Numbered from the stretch's first letter, positions 22,884-36,959 are shown. The stretch is 64,000 nt of DNA from Cladosporium halotolerans (GCF_011745625.1 NW_027191462.1:124001-188000), one strand, 5' to 3'. Program-made: numbers and translations. Notes: generated from the letters alone by a model not told the origin.

Positions 22884-23583
22884 TAAACACGGGCTTTTAC
22901 AGAGGAGGGGCATAGAGTGATCGCTCGCTCTGTATTATGGCAGCATGAAGCCGGGCGGCGTTGGCGGCGCAAGGAATGCGAGGGCATGATGTATCATAAG
23001 CAATAGCTTGGGCTGATGCGCCCGAGGAAGTATTATCACGACATTTCATTCACCCAAATTTCTGAAATACATCTTGTTTGTAGAACGTTATGTTCTGGCG
23101 AACTGTGTTTGCTCGATCATTGGCGAAGCTCACGGCCCGCTTGTCCTTCCACCTTTCGCTGGCATGGCAGGAGCCAACCTTGCTTTGACTTCATCTCCAT
23201 TGCAGAGACACTGTCAGGCCATCACATTGCTCCATCCGACATTTGGTTTCCGCCAAGCTGTATCTCAAATGAGAAGCTTGCTGAACAACACCATATGACA
23301 CTGTTCTCAGAGACGGCTAAAGATGCAGTGCCACCATCGGCCCCAAGCGCACGCGCCACGCATATGCGCCTTCTGCGGCTGAGCGCTAGCGTGCAAGAAG
23401 ATCACTTCAAATGGGAGCCTCCGCGAGACAACTTGAGTGTGAGGTCACGACAAACGTGTCGTTGTCAGTCGCGTTGCTTCTTCTTTCGTACCTCTTCCAT
23501 CGCGGGCCATACATCATTTGCGTGAGATGCACTTACCGATTTCGTACGATGCGATTGCAAGCCCCTAAAGCTCTTGGAAAGAA

Positions 23584-26500
23584 ATGGCAGGCATCGAAAC
23601 AGCAAGCGCTGTCATCGGAGTCGCCCAAGTCGGTTTCAGTCTTGCTCGAACTTTGAATACCTACATTGGCGATTTTAAAGACTCCCGGGAAAGCATCATC
23701 ACCCTAGCCAGCGAGCTTGACGCGACTATTATTCAGGTCCAGGAACTCAACTCGCTGGTGGCAAACAACAAGTCCATTCAGACCCCTGAGAACGGTAGTC
23801 TGAAGTTGGCAGAGAAGTGCGTCAAGGATTCGGACAGGCTTATCAAAAAGCTGGTCCAGCTACTTACCAAGGCCCACTTGCCGGAAGATCCAAAGGCGAT
23901 AGTCAATATCAAGCCTGAAGACATCATTGTAAGCAAGCTGACAAGAGCCTATTGGCCACTGGTGAAACCCCAGGTCGATGTGGTCAAGTCGGAGCTGCAT
24001 GTTATGAAAACAGACATCCTGATAGCCAGAAGTTGCATTCAAGCTCAATCCGGAAGCACGCCCGCAGACCGAGCTGCGGGAAGTGAGAACATTGTAGCCC
24101 TTGCGAAAAGCAAACACCTCGCACGGCGGCTTCTCCGTGAGGCAAAGGCGGAGGAACAACGCTCGGCCATGGCCAGATACATACCAGATCCAACGGCTCA
24201 TTCAACAGCCGGCGACCTGGCTAACACACGGCCTCCGCGTGTGCCGGTGAATTCGCCCGGCTATCAGATGCCCCCGTATCGCTCCGGCATCGCCAGGGGC
24301 TCATACGATGATGCCAAGGACACGGAGGCGATGGCTCGCGATTTGAGAGACTCTATCATCTACGATTTGCATCGTAAAGAAGTCGAGCAGAAGGAAAAGG
24401 AAGCAGAAGCAGAAAAAGCCCGTGAGCAAGCCGTCGCGCTGTATCAGGCCACTCTCAAAGAGCGGCTCTCCCGTCTTCAAGAACAAACAGAGGCCACTCG
24501 GCGCCAAATGAAGGAAAAGTTTGGCACGAACCTCAACGAAGAACGGGTCAAAGAGTTTCTCGACGAACAGCGATCTCGCCAGCTACAGGATGAGTTCGGA
24601 GACACACTCATGCAATTCGGAATAGGCTCGGCACAGCCTCAGAAGGACACACAGAAGAGCTCTCAAAATGGTTCCGAGAGTGGAGGCTCTCGATCTTCGA
24701 AGAGAAGGTAATCTACGTCTGCATGGCTTCTTTGGCTCCAATTCACTGACTTGGGAACAGATGGTTCTTCAATCGGAGCTCTTCGCGTTCTTCGTTGCGC
24801 AGTGATGTGAGGCACTCCTTGAGAACTCCCGGCTACTCGGATGCATCCTCGCAGCCCTCTACAAACACACGATTTTTGCACATAGTTTCAGCCTACGACG
24901 CGGCCGAGGGTAAATACAATTACCAGACATTCGAAAACCCTGCGATGAAGCACCACCCGTGTGGCACATTCTGCGACTTAGAAACGACCATGAAGGCATG
25001 GCAGGCTGTGCCAGATATCATCAAGCATTCCACGGCAAAATGGGTCGAGGACACGTTCCCCGATCGAGTGTGGCATTTGCACGCAGCACTGCCTATTGAG
25101 AAGGATGTCCGAAGATCTAGGAGATTGCTTCAGAAAGCCGTTCTGGGCGCGACATTGCACCAAGGCATGAGCAGCATCCTGCTTGTGTACTCTTCAACCG
25201 AGCCTCAAGCTGCGTCCGAAATTGACATGAAGGCGAGTGTCACAGACTCAGCTTCGGACGCGTACAACGCGAGCGCCCCTGCTCCAGAAAGCACAACGTC
25301 ACGGGTTGAGCTTTCACAGACAGATGTTGAGCAAATGCGCGAATGGCTGACCAACAAAGGCTTGAGCACGGACAAAATTGCTCAGTTGGAGAGTCTGGTT
25401 GCCAAAAAGAAGTCTCCTCCAAATGGAGATGAACCAGCTGTGGCGGCGGTCGACGAAATGCTGACGGTGGAGCAATCGAAAGTTGAGAAAGATCAAAAGT
25501 CCGGCACTGCTCGGAGTCGCAGTCGGCTTGACGATATCAACTCCCGAGCCGCCATTGAAGAACGGGCGCCATACGATGCATACATGGATCTACCTCCTCC
25601 CCCTCCGCCAATTCCTGCGTACCCTGCACTTTATGCACCATCACGGGTCGATACATATGACAGATATGTACCGTTAGCAGACAGAAGCCCATATGACTAT
25701 GATTCTTTCGAGCTAGGGCTGTCAACGCCCGGTATTCGGTCGCGGCGAGAAGAGTCTCGTTTACCACCTCCTGCTCCACGACATGCAGGATCCTATGATG
25801 AGTGGCGTTATGGCGGGCAAAAGCCAAGGGAGAAGTCAATCAGGTTTGCCGATGACGAAGAAACCCTGTATCGAGCCAGGAGAGATGAAATGCGCGCTCG
25901 GAAGCTTGAAGAAGAGTTGATTGAAGAAAGGGTGAAACTGCTCGAAGAGAGGCGCGCCGAGCAGCGTTCGCGTGACGAGGCGACGGCACGCAATGGCAGG
26001 CCGATGCAATATATGGAACGCAGACGCGAACGAACGCCTTCGCCGCCCCCAGCTCCACGGTCCCAATATTATGGAACAGAGCTTGGCCTACCGTCGCGTA
26101 CGCGAGACTATTCAGAAAGCGCCATCTACCCCGAGCGCCCTATCACGGTGAGGTCGCGAGGCCGATCGGGCTACAGAAGCGTCTCGCCTCAGAATCCATA
26201 TGCGCCGCGAGCTCATGCTCCCCATCCTGCGATAAACATTTACAACACTCACCTGCCTGACGCTGGAAGGGAAGATGACGTGCCATACAAGCCGGGTGAT
26301 CGACTCGATCGTTCCAACCGTCACCCCCGTGCCCTCCGCCGAAGTTCCTTCGTGCCAATCCCCGCTCAGGAATCTGAACGTCCTTACTCGATCCCTGAGG
26401 AGACTCTGGTGACCCGGTATCGACCGCCGGAGCGACTTCGCAGCGGCAGCTACAACGAGGGCAAATTTTCACTCCCGCAACAATACAATTTCGACATCGA

Positions 26501-27512
26501 CATCCCGGCACGCACTCGAAGCCCGGAAGAGATCCAGGACGATGCGTCTGACGCAGAAGATGCCATGCTGGGCGATGAAGAGCTCAAGAACAAGATGCTG
26601 GTCAAATACACCTCTGGCATTGCCTTCGCGCCTCCTTCCAAAGAACCTCCGGTGAGTATCCGATTCTGTTCTTCGTGACGCTGCGTTGTTTCTCAGCTAA
26701 CACGATACCTGCAGTCCGGCACGGTGCACTCGATCTCCGATAGCGGGACAGTAGAAGAGCCGCCTGCCCGCGAGACCGTCGCAGAGCCAAGCGCACACAT
26801 CTCTCAAATAATCTCGCACCATACGGACAATCGGCCTCAGCGAAAGTACACCACGACAATGGAAGAAGTCAACGAGGCCGAAGAGACAGAAGTCGGGCCA
26901 GTGCCTTCGCGGGATTCATCGCCGTGGACAAGAGCCCGAGTCACCTCTTCAACTTCATCATCTCGCTCTCGATCAAGGCGTCGACGCTCTCGTTTCGACG
27001 TGGACAACGAATCGGCCGAGTCAACGCCAGAGCGAGTTTCAGGACCAGCCAGCCCTGAGCCCACGACAGAGGACTCCGGAACCGAAGCTATGTCAGGCAA
27101 CAAATCCATCGCCGCTGTAGCACACGAGCCTCTCGCCCCAGTACCTGCCGGAGAGCCTGTCGATTATGGGGTGGATGACTCCTGGGGCAGTTTCGGTGTT
27201 TCCAAGAAGAAGAAAAAGAAAAAGAAGAAAAACAATGCGACGCCGATGAGGGAGACAATGAGGGAATTGGAAGAAGGCGTCATAGTGGAAGAGATCAACC
27301 CTACTCCGCCGCCACCTCCTGTGGAAGATTCCGATTCGGCCGGCTGGGGCTGGGGCAAAACGAAGAAGACAAAGGAGAAGAGAAAGGACAGCAGCGAGAA
27401 CTCAGAGACCGAAGTCGTTCTTGAACCTACGCCAGGCTCTCCTCGTTCATCTGTGGATGAGCAAGAGCGCAAAAACAAGTATCTCCCGCCGCCCCCGAAA
27501 AGATGGTGGTGA
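23584..27512 (+). CDS. Large uncharacterised protein with HeLo-like ('fungal N-terminal domain of STAND proteins'-type) N-terminus, coiled coils and disordered tail
   Basis: Three ORFs join in frame through introns 24708-24760 (GTAATC..CTGAC..CAG) and 26652-26714 (GTGAGT..CTAAC..CAG). N-terminus MAGIETASAVIGVAQVGFSLARTL resembles HeLo-like domains by eye. Confidence 0.75.
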
Positions 27513-27781
27513 GCGACTTGACGGGCGTGGTCGAAGCACTGTACACATCCAAGTCATGTATCTTCATTTTTGCAGACAGAAACGACTTCGATTTCCTTCC
27601 TTTCTCCAAAAAGGCTATGTATACAGCACCACATCCAATAATAAAGTCCCTCGATTCCGAGGTCTTCCAAGAAAAGAAATGTCCATACCTCTCCAAGAAG
27701 GTACGAAAACAACCACCACCTCCCATTTCCTTCCCATTCCGATCCAACTCAAATCTCCCTAGCCCCAATCATCCATCCTCA

Positions 27782-29423
27782 TCACCAGCCACCACCCCAC
27801 CTCCCAAACCACCCCCTCCCCTCCTGCTCCGCCCGGTACGCCCCATCCCCATACCCCGGCGGCGGCCCATACCCGCTCGGCACCCTCGCCGCAGACGTCG
27901 GCGCGAAAGGCGTGTTGGTCGCACTCGGCGAGGACGTGTGCGGGGTGACTGTGAACGTCGTGAAAGGCGAGGTCGTGAAAGATTCCGAGTCGTCGACGCT
28001 GCTGCTGGGAGGGTAAGGCGGGTAGGGCGCGGGCGGCGTGAAAGTGCCTGGGAGGGAGGTGGTTGAGTTGGAGGAGGGGCTGGCGGGGTCCCCTTCGGTG
28101 CTGGAGGAAGAGGCGGCGGTGCTGAGGGGTGGGTTAGGGTAGGGGGCGGGGCCGCCGGTTGGGATGAGAGTTTGGGTGAGGGTGTTGGGGTCGGTGACTG
28201 TTACGGTTATGTTGCGGGTTATTGTGATTCGGCCGGTGCTGGTGATGATTGGGGTTGAGGAGGTGGAGTTGCTAGACGGGGTGATTGGCGAGCCTTCGGT
28301 CGAGGAGGTGCTGCCGCCTGTTGGGGCTGTGGCGGGCGGCAAGGTAGCGTTGTGGCTGCCTGTAGGGCTTGATGAGATGCCTGTCGAGCACGGTCGGCTC
28401 CAGGTGCTGTTGGTTCCAGTCACTGGAGCGATGGGCGTTGATTTGGAGATCGACCCAGTGCCTGTAAGAGAGCTGCTCGAGATAGGGAAAGGAGGGAACG
28501 GGTAAGGCATCGGGAAGTATCCACTTGGCCCACTAGGCCTTGAGGAAGGCGGCGATGTGCCAAGGGATGAAGTGATGTTTGATGCAGTGGCAGGCGAACC
28601 AAGAGTGCTGTTTGATCTCGACGCAGACGTCGTCAGAGTTCTCGTCAGTGTCAGCGGCACAGTGATCGTCTTTCCCGTCGTCAGAGGCGCCGTGGGAGCT
28701 GTGTTCGGTGGGTTCGTGCTATTGCACGGAATTGGCCAAGCCGGGGGCGACGAGCCCGTAGCAGGATCAACCTCGGTGGATGAAGAGCTTCCATCGGATG
28801 GTACTGGGAAGTAGCCATAAGGCGGAAGCGAGTAGCCAGTAGGCTTTCCGGGGTAAGACGTGGTATTGGTGGCAGGGGAAATTGAACCCGACGGAGAGCT
28901 CGAATTGGTGAAAGTAAGGGTCTGAGTGACCGAGACCGTGCTGGTAGATCTCGACTGAGTGACTGGCGAGCCCTCAGTGGAAGATGTTGATTTCGTGCCA
29001 GTCCTTGGAAGGCCGCTGTAGCCGACGAGTGGAGTCGATGTTCTGGAAACAGTGCCGTTGCTAGAGAAGGACCCAGTTGTATTTGTGAGCAACGAAGAAG
29101 AAGTAGTCGAGTTTGAAGGACTGATTGGCGATCCGGAAGTGACAGATCCAGAAGGAATGGGCAGTTCCCAGCTACCAGTACCGTAAGGCGGCCTCATCCC
29201 TCCTCCATAGCCACGGGTAGGCATCGTCGGGTCCGCAATGGAGGAACTTGTGGAATTCTTATCGCAGTCGTCATCTTTCTTAATGAGGGCACCGCGTTGG
29301 ACTAGACCCTGGTCAGTAGACAGCAGAGTAGATCGACAACCTTCCAATCGACTTACCAGGAATAGGCTCCGAGGCAACCACAGCAAGTAATGCCGCCACG
29401 GGCAAGAGGCAGGAAAGCTTCAT
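27782..29423 (-). CDS. Secreted Ser/Thr/Pro-rich (mucin-like) protein
   Basis: Exon 29423-29357 encodes signal peptide MKLSCLLPVAALLAVVA. Intron 29356-29302, exon 29301-27782. Recurrent SSSTEGSP and PPYG/PYP motifs, many NxS/T sequons, no hydrophobic GPI tail. Confidence 0.8.
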
Positions 29424-31273
29424 CTTCTGTTGACTATAAAGGCAGTAAAGATTGTCGGAAGCAAGACAGCAGACACAAACGATCGTGGGGAGAAGGGTTA
29501 ATGACTCGCGATGGGAACGAGGGGACAGCTCAATAAACGAACGAGGAGCTTGGTCAGACAGAGTCAAAAGGCAGCTGGCGTCGTTACCTGACGGTCGTTC
29601 ATATACATGTACAGACCCCACCGGGGAAGACCCCCACCACGTCCTCCTCCTCCAACCCGTCAACAAGCCTTGCAGGGCGCGCACAGGCAAGTACCCAGCT
29701 CGAGACCTGCAGGACGCGCCTCTGAGCGGCAGACGGGGCCCAACGTCTGGCAGCCTGCATGAAAGGCTGCAACCTGCAATCTCCACCGGCTGTGTAATCG
29801 CGCAGGCCGTCAGCTCGTATCGATGAAAGACAGTAGGGGGGTAGGGAAGACAGCGCTGACGTCCGCCGGGCCCGCACTGACATGTGCTCAGGGATTCCAC
29901 AAGGGATGGCTTAGGGTCGCGGGTCGAGGGCCTCCCCATTGTGCGCCGTGGCGGAGTGTCCCTCTCGGACGGTCGCCACTGGTATCAGCCTCGCACATGC
30001 GAGCCGTGTGTCTGGCGGGACGGTGGTACCATGGGAGGTGGTCGGGGCTTTCATTCAGCCTTGATTGAGGGGGTATCAGGTCGTCGTGTAGCTTAGTGAG
30101 AGTCGTTTGAATTGATGAAACATTGTAAGGCGGGTGCGGACATGACATTTGGTGGAGTGAAGTGTGGAGCTCTGGTAACATCCACGCCAGCCTTGAGTCA
30201 TCAGACGGCTACATGCAACAAGCTTCCATACATTAGATTATTATTCGTTCTTAGGACGCTTCGACGTCAAAGCATGCTTTCTTCTTTGGGCTGTACGTTC
30301 GCTGCAGATGTTGCACGAAGCGGGAGAGCCGAGTTTGTCACCCGGCGTGGTGCCACCCACCACCTTGCGGCTCTGTCGAGCACCCGCTGAAGCCGATCGG
30401 TGTGCCTGCATCTACCAAGTCAGGGTAAACGAAAACACAGAGCAAACGCTACACGTAGGTCAGATCCTTTGTGTTGGTGTTTGTCGTAAGGAGAGCGTCG
30501 GTCATTGTGCGGCCAGGCTGGCTTGGTTTGTTGCTGCGGCGCTCGTATCATGGCCGCCACAATCTATCGTAGGGCGACTACGAGCTCATGGCTCCCACAT
30601 TGTATGCGCGAGACAATACGGCGAACCTGTCTTGAGCGTGGCGTGCTGCAAACAGACGGTCGTTTATTGCCGGTGGTGGGATGATGCAAGGCCACAGCGC
30701 GCGGGCAGGGTTACGCCTTGCACCGATGCAGAGCGCGCTGCAGGTACTGTGCAACGACAGCAACCTCGGCTGCACTGCTTGCGCCATTGCAGACCAGATC
30801 CTCCCTGTGGGAAGTCACGGCAGGCCGCGAGCTCGTTCAAGCGAATCGACATACCCGGCTTCCCGTCCTGAAGGTACGTTTGTTTGTAGTACGCCCGAAG
30901 GGAGATCGACCGTGCGGCCGAGCAAGGTGGTCGACGGGCGATTGAATGTCAGATGAATGTCGAGGCTGATCTCAGCGACGGAACAACGCAAGGAGAGCAC
31001 CGAGTCACTTGTCGCACTTTGGTCAGACAATGACCACAAGGTAGGACAGCAGCAAGGGCCGTCGAGACTTGTGGCGACTTGTGAGCATTCTTTCCTCTCT
31101 TCCCTTGAGAGCAACAGAAATGGCTCGCGGTGGCAGCTGTCAAAACCCGTGCAAGCAGTGCGTGTGGGTCCGTTTAGCCGCGAAGATGCAGCGCAAACAG
31201 CAGGGTTGGCCCTTTTCAGCCGTCGTGATGATGCGCGCCAGACAAGCATGCTTACCCATCAGGGCGCATTCGT

Positions 31274-33063
31274 TCACACCTCTTCGGCCATATCGTCCGC
31301 AAACGGACTCCTCCCTCCCTCATCCGGACTGTCCACCACCTGCGCACGCGCCGGAGGCACCTTCAGCTCGCCACCAGCGGCATGCGCGCCATTAGACTCC
31401 TTGGCCTTGTTCTTCCTGCGTCGGGGAGCAGGGACGGTAGGTTTCTCCTTCGCCACCACCTTCGCCGAGACCTCATCGACGCTCAGGCTACTCTCGCCAC
31501 CGTCATCGATCGACATGCCGAGCAACTTCTTCGCAACCGCGCTCTCGTCGGGCGCAACCTGCTGCAGTTTCTGCTCAATCTCGCGGTCCTTCTCATCGCC
31601 CTCCTCGCGGATCCATTCGACCTGCTTGCAGCGGATTACAAGGCGGATGACAGTTTCGTCGACAGGGGCGAAGTGCGCACCGGAGCGGTGCACAAGCAGG
31701 TAGAGCAGGCGGCGCACCTCGTTACGCTTGTAATTGTTGCCTTCGCGGCCGAGTTGTGTATTCTTGAGCAGGGGGCACAGCACCCGCAGGTAAGTGTGGC
31801 GCAGGGCGCGCTGGCCATCTCGTTCGGCGCCGTCGGCGGTCTTACCTAGGTCGCCGCTGCCAGGGTCGAGGTCGAGCAAGTTGCGTATTATCACGTCGAC
31901 TAGGACGTGTAGGTCGTTGGTGTAGAAGTATTCGTAAGTGGCGGGCGTGGTGAAGAGTAGGTAGAGTAGCTTCAATATGAGCAACTGCGGGCCTAGTGAG
32001 GACTCGCGATTGAGAAGTAGAATCAGATTCTCGCCGAACGTGCGGTAGGACGGGCCATGCATGGACAGAATCTTGAGTATGCGGTTGGTAAGCGGCTTTT
32101 CGGTGTCAGGTGATGTGGGAGCGTTGGCCAGACACATGTACTGCTCGTTGAGCACGAGCAAGACGCGAATGATCGGGTAGTGGTAGGGGTCGTCAGCGTC
32201 ATCGGAGAGTTGCTCAATCATCTGGAACAAGTACAGGATGAAAGTGTCGTCCACCACCACCATGTCTTCCCGCGTGAGCTTCTGTATCCTCGCCATCTCA
32301 AACAGCAGTTCCAGTAGCATGCGGTACAGTCCCACAGCATCGTCTCTTCGATCGCTGATGAGTTCCACCAGTCTCGCAAACGCTCCTTCGTCTTGCATCA
32401 TCTCAAAAGCAGACTCATTGCCTCGCCCATCGAACAGAAAGATCGCGGCTGCAAGATGCAGCGTGTCCACATCGTCATCCTGGTCCTTTCGATCAGCATT
32501 TCTTCCAGCTCCTCCCAGTAGTGTCCAGCTCGCTCGCCAGCCTCCTTTAAGTGTACCATACCTGCAACAAACAGTACAATATTTGCCTGCGGACATATTC
32601 CCTATTCGTAGCGAAAAGTTTCGAGTCCAGCAACTTGTATACGTAGCGCGCGAAATCGTACTCCGAAAGCAGGTATTCGTCTTTTGTCACAAAAGCGTCT
32701 GGTCAGCCCTGAAATTGACATCTCTTGTTGAATTCGATTGGTTCAGCAGCGAGTGAGGAAAAGTAGTCCGTACCTTTGTGGTTCGTAGCGAGTTCGAGGA
32801 ACGCGCGCAGCACGTCGTCGATGTCCTCGGACGTCTCGAATTCCGGCGTTACGATCGTGTCGAGTTCTGATCAAAAGATCACCAGTCAGCATTGCTCGTA
32901 TCTTGTCTCCCCTCCATACAGTATCCAACTAGATCCTCCTCTTCAAAAGCCCCGCAATCCAACCCAAAACTCTACAACCGCACCGGAAAAGCCACCTACC
33001 GTCCCAAAACGCCTGCTCGCTCTCAAGCGCGCGAGAAGCCTCCTCGGCCTCCTCCGCGCTCAT
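31274..33063 (-). CDS. LDB17: Ldb17/Dip1/SPIN90-family Arp2/3 activator
   Basis: Exons 33063-33000, 32866-32774, 32680-32562, 32479-31274. Motifs IIRVLLVLNEQYM, TFGENLILLLNR, EYFYTNDLHVLVDVIIRNL, LRHTYLRVL; C-terminal PVPAPRR. Confidence 0.85.
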
Positions 33064-34628
33064 TCTCTTATTATTCGCTCCAGAGCGCCGGCCAGGAAAA
33101 GCTCAGCTAGCTTATCCAGAAATACGCAGTTCGGGTCGCTCAACCATGCCACGCGAAGGGAAGGACAAGTGGTTGAACGCGGCATTCACCGCCGTACCCG
33201 TGATCGTGAAAGTGTATTAGACAATTAGATGGCAAGCAGGCCGAAAGACCAAAAGCAGAGCTCCGAAGCAAAAGCGTGTTATTTCGAGGTCCCGGTCCGG
33301 AGAGCTGTATGTCCGACGACTACCAGCTCACACGCCCATCATAGGCAGGTCCACCAGCCAGCCAGCAGCAGCCCCGGCTTCGGGGAAACGCAGCCCGCGA
33401 TCGCAGGATGACGCAGCCGGCCGTTTCGCCTGCATGCACGCATGCATGCCCGCCTCGCTTCGCGTGACTTGACTTCAGACTGCCACGCGATCTTGAAGTG
33501 CGCGAGATCCACGCGCTTTACAGTAGAGATCCTTAACACAGAAGAGCCGTCTGTCTAGACATCCACGACGGCGGCTTTCGCAGCGGCAAAGGAACGCTTG
33601 CGGCCCTCTTGCTCTCTTCCGCAATCGTTCCGTTGCCCGTCGAATCGGCCGACAGGAAGCGAAGAAAAGCCCAAGACATCGTTCAATTTGCCAACCTCGG
33701 CGCCCTGCTTCGCTTCGATGTACCCTCCCCGTACAGTACATGCACCCTTGTACCTCGCCTGGCGCATATAAGAGGGGTCGTTGCTCGTTCGTCATTGTTT
33801 AATTTATGGCTTTTGTGTGCCCTTGAGCTTTCTTCGAAAGATATCAAAATGAGATGTCGACTATACCGCGCTTCGGCGAATCGACGAGAAAGGACCGGAC
33901 GATGTCGCGAAATAGTCTAACCGCTCAGCATGGATATTTGAATACCTGGCTCGGAGCCCGCCGACTCCATCTTCACCAGTCACCTATCTTACGCGCTGAG
34001 GACTCCTCTCAGCCAAGGACTCTTCCAAACATGGCACCAACTCTCTCCCGGCTACCTATAATCATCCAACGCTGATGACCCCGACACGCCCTCAAGGGAC
34101 TTTCCCGAAAATGGCTCCCATCCTGCCAGGAACCGAGAACCTCTCGCCCGTTCAAAGGACATATTCAAACACGGCATCGAATCCTACCCAATTCACCAGC
34201 TGACTGACAGACGGACTCTCACGGACCAAGCAGCTTTCCAATCTTCGTGGACTTTTCATTCATCCCTATCTCATCATTCCCAAGGATATGCGTCTTTTTC
34301 GGAAGAAGAGCAAAAAAAAAATCCAAAAATCAAGGGAAACCGATCGAGCTTCCACCAGCAGCAGCAAAGAGAAAACCCCGCCCCGGAAAAGAAAAAGAAT
34401 CAAACACGCTCGATGCGTAGCGGCGCAGGGCGTTGAGCCCGTGTCGCGCTTCTCTTTTCCCCCCAATCTCGTCCCTCATGTCGGGCTCGAAAAAGCCATC
34501 CGGCTCGACAGACAGACAGACAGACCGGCCGACCCGTCCGAAACGCCATTGCAAATCCCGCTGTCTAGACTCCAAAAAACCAAAAGCCACCAAAGGACCG
34601 GAAGGAAAAAAAGAGAAAAGAAAAGCGC

Positions 34629-36427
34629 TCAAACAACCTCCCTCTGACTGACCGCCCCGCTCCCCCTCCTCTTCCCCAGACTCGTCACGGAAGACAGCCG
34701 CCTCCTCTTCTCCTCGAACCACTCGTCCGCGCGCGCGGCGTGCTTCGAGTAGATCGCGGCGCCCATGCAGCAGGCGGACAGGAACATGCAGGCGCCCGCC
34801 CACAGCTGGACCGTCCTGAAGTCGTTCAGGAACTCCGTGATCAGGTGGCCGGCGATGACGGGCCCCGTGAGGGCCGGCGCCGCGGCGCACGTGTACATCA
34901 TGCCGGTCCACTGGCCGAGCTTGGCCTGGGCGGCGGGGTCCGGGCCGAGGATGTGCGCGACCGAGGCCGGGGGCAGGCCGATGACGGCGCCGGAGAAGAC
35001 GCCGAAGACGACGACGAAGGCCAGCGCGGCGGTGACGGTGTCGGCGAGGGTCCAGAGGATGAGGGTGAGGAGGGAGGCGACGAGGGTGACGAAGCAGTGG
35101 ACGTTGAGGGCGCCGAAGTGGTCGCAGAGGTAGGCGGAGGAGAGGCGGCCGAGCGTGGAGGTGGCGTTCATGATGCTGAGGAGCCAGAAGGCGCGCATGG
35201 CGTTGTCTTGGGTTGCGGCGGTCTCGAGCGGCCCGCCGCGGGGGTCGTCTTTGTAGCCGATGCCCGTCTCCGCGGCCCACTCTTCGAGGTTGAAGAAGAC
35301 GGCGTAGAAGCCGAAGAAGAGGAAGGAGATGGCGGCGCAGAGCCAGCAGAAGGAGCGGTTGCGGAAGGCGTGCGTATCGACCCAGACGTCAACTTTGGCC
35401 CAGGACTGGGGCTTGCGGAAGAGGTGCTCCGGGTTGGGGCGGGCGATGAGGATGGCGAAGATGCAGGTGACTGCGGTGAGGGTGGAGGTGTACCGCTGGG
35501 CATTGTTGAAGCCGACTTTCGGGATGAGGAACTTGAGCATCATGGGGTAGAGGAGGCCTGCAATGCTGGCGCCGGAAGCGACGATGCCGATGGCGAAGCC
35601 CTTCTTTTTCCTGAACCACGTTGCGACGACTAGAATTCGATCAGTCAGGACGATACTTTTCTTGCTACACGATCGGGACGACATACCTTGAGAGCTGGTA
35701 ACGAAGAAGCAAGCCATGCCGAGGCCAGAGAGCAAACCCTGGGTGAACCAGATAAGGCCGTAGTTGCCCTCACCGTAGCCGCCGCCGCCGGCAGAGACGC
35801 TGATCAAGAAAGAGCCGAGTGTGACCAGCACAGACCCGGTGATGACAAGAGTCCTGTGGTACCCTGCGTCGAGGAAGCGACCGACGACGGCGGACAAGGC
35901 GAGCACGGTGAAAGATTGCGTTGAGCCGACCAGGTTGAAGAGGAGGATGTCTTGTCCTGGCAGGAGGTGCTGCATGTAATAGGAAGCGTACGTGCCGTAC
36001 GCATTGACTATGCCCCAGCTGTTGAACATACTACAGTATTGTTGTCAGCTGAGGCTCATGCAAGACGAGACGGGTTGCATCGATCGATTGATCGTCGACT
36101 GAGACGTTGGAACACTCACAGCAAGAAGCCACCGAACAGGCAGAGGTAGGCTCGCGGATTCTTGGGCCAATTGGGCTCGCCGACGGGGAAGACGTTGCTC
36201 TCCGAGGCCATGGACAACGACCGCATGGCCTCGAGAGGCGGCGGCTCGGCATTGTCGTCAGGAGCGACCTTGTCGTCGTCATACTTGACGCCGCGGTCAT
36301 GGCTGGGGGAGCGGGAGAGGTCGAGCTTGCTGGGAGCACGCGAGAGATCGAAGGAGGTCTTCTCTGAAGCGAATCGAGAGTCGAAGGTGACGCTGGGCTC
36401 GGCGGGCTCCTTGGGCGATGGAGCCAT
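34629..36427 (-). CDS. MFS monocarboxylate-porter family transporter (Mch-like)
   Basis: Exons 36427-36120, 36030-35687, 35629-34629. Motifs FNSWGIVNAYG, WFRKKKGFAIGIVASGASIAG, GRLSSAYLCDHFG; about 12 hydrophobic segments. Confidence 0.9.
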
Positions 36428-36959
36428 GGTGATGGCGACGACGGTGGTGGTAGTAGGAGAAGGTTGGCGGACCGTTGGACGGCGAGGCCTGGGCGAAGGG
36501 AGGGAGGCAGTGACGAGACCGCAGAGTCAGGACGACGGTAGGGCAGAGGATGTCGTGTCGAACACGCGTAGGCAGGCGGAGCAGAGAGTGGTCAACACAA
36601 GGGAGGGCCGGGCGGGATGGAGGGGCGAGATGGGACTATATCTACGATTTGCCTCGAGCACCCAAGCCGACGGACGACGACGATGCGGGTCCTCCCCTCC
36701 CCATGGAGAGCGGGCGGCGGCGGACAAGGAGATCGCGCCTGCCTCTCCTGCGCGCACCACGCAGCCTCCCAAGACTCCGCCGGCGAGCACATTCGATGCC
36801 ACACCTGCCCCGCCGGCGGGGCCAAGCGTTCAGCGTCCAACAGCCGGGCCCGCCACGAGTCATCGTGCGCGATGTAATTCCACCGCACGCAACGGCGCCC
36901 GCACAAGCTGCCATCTGTTTCACACTGGCTCAGCGATGCGGCTGCGAGGCGGGCTGCGG

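Noticed and set aside
33100..34600. Short ORFs after a TATA-like site (~33766)
   Set aside because: No coherent exon chain or recognisable domain.
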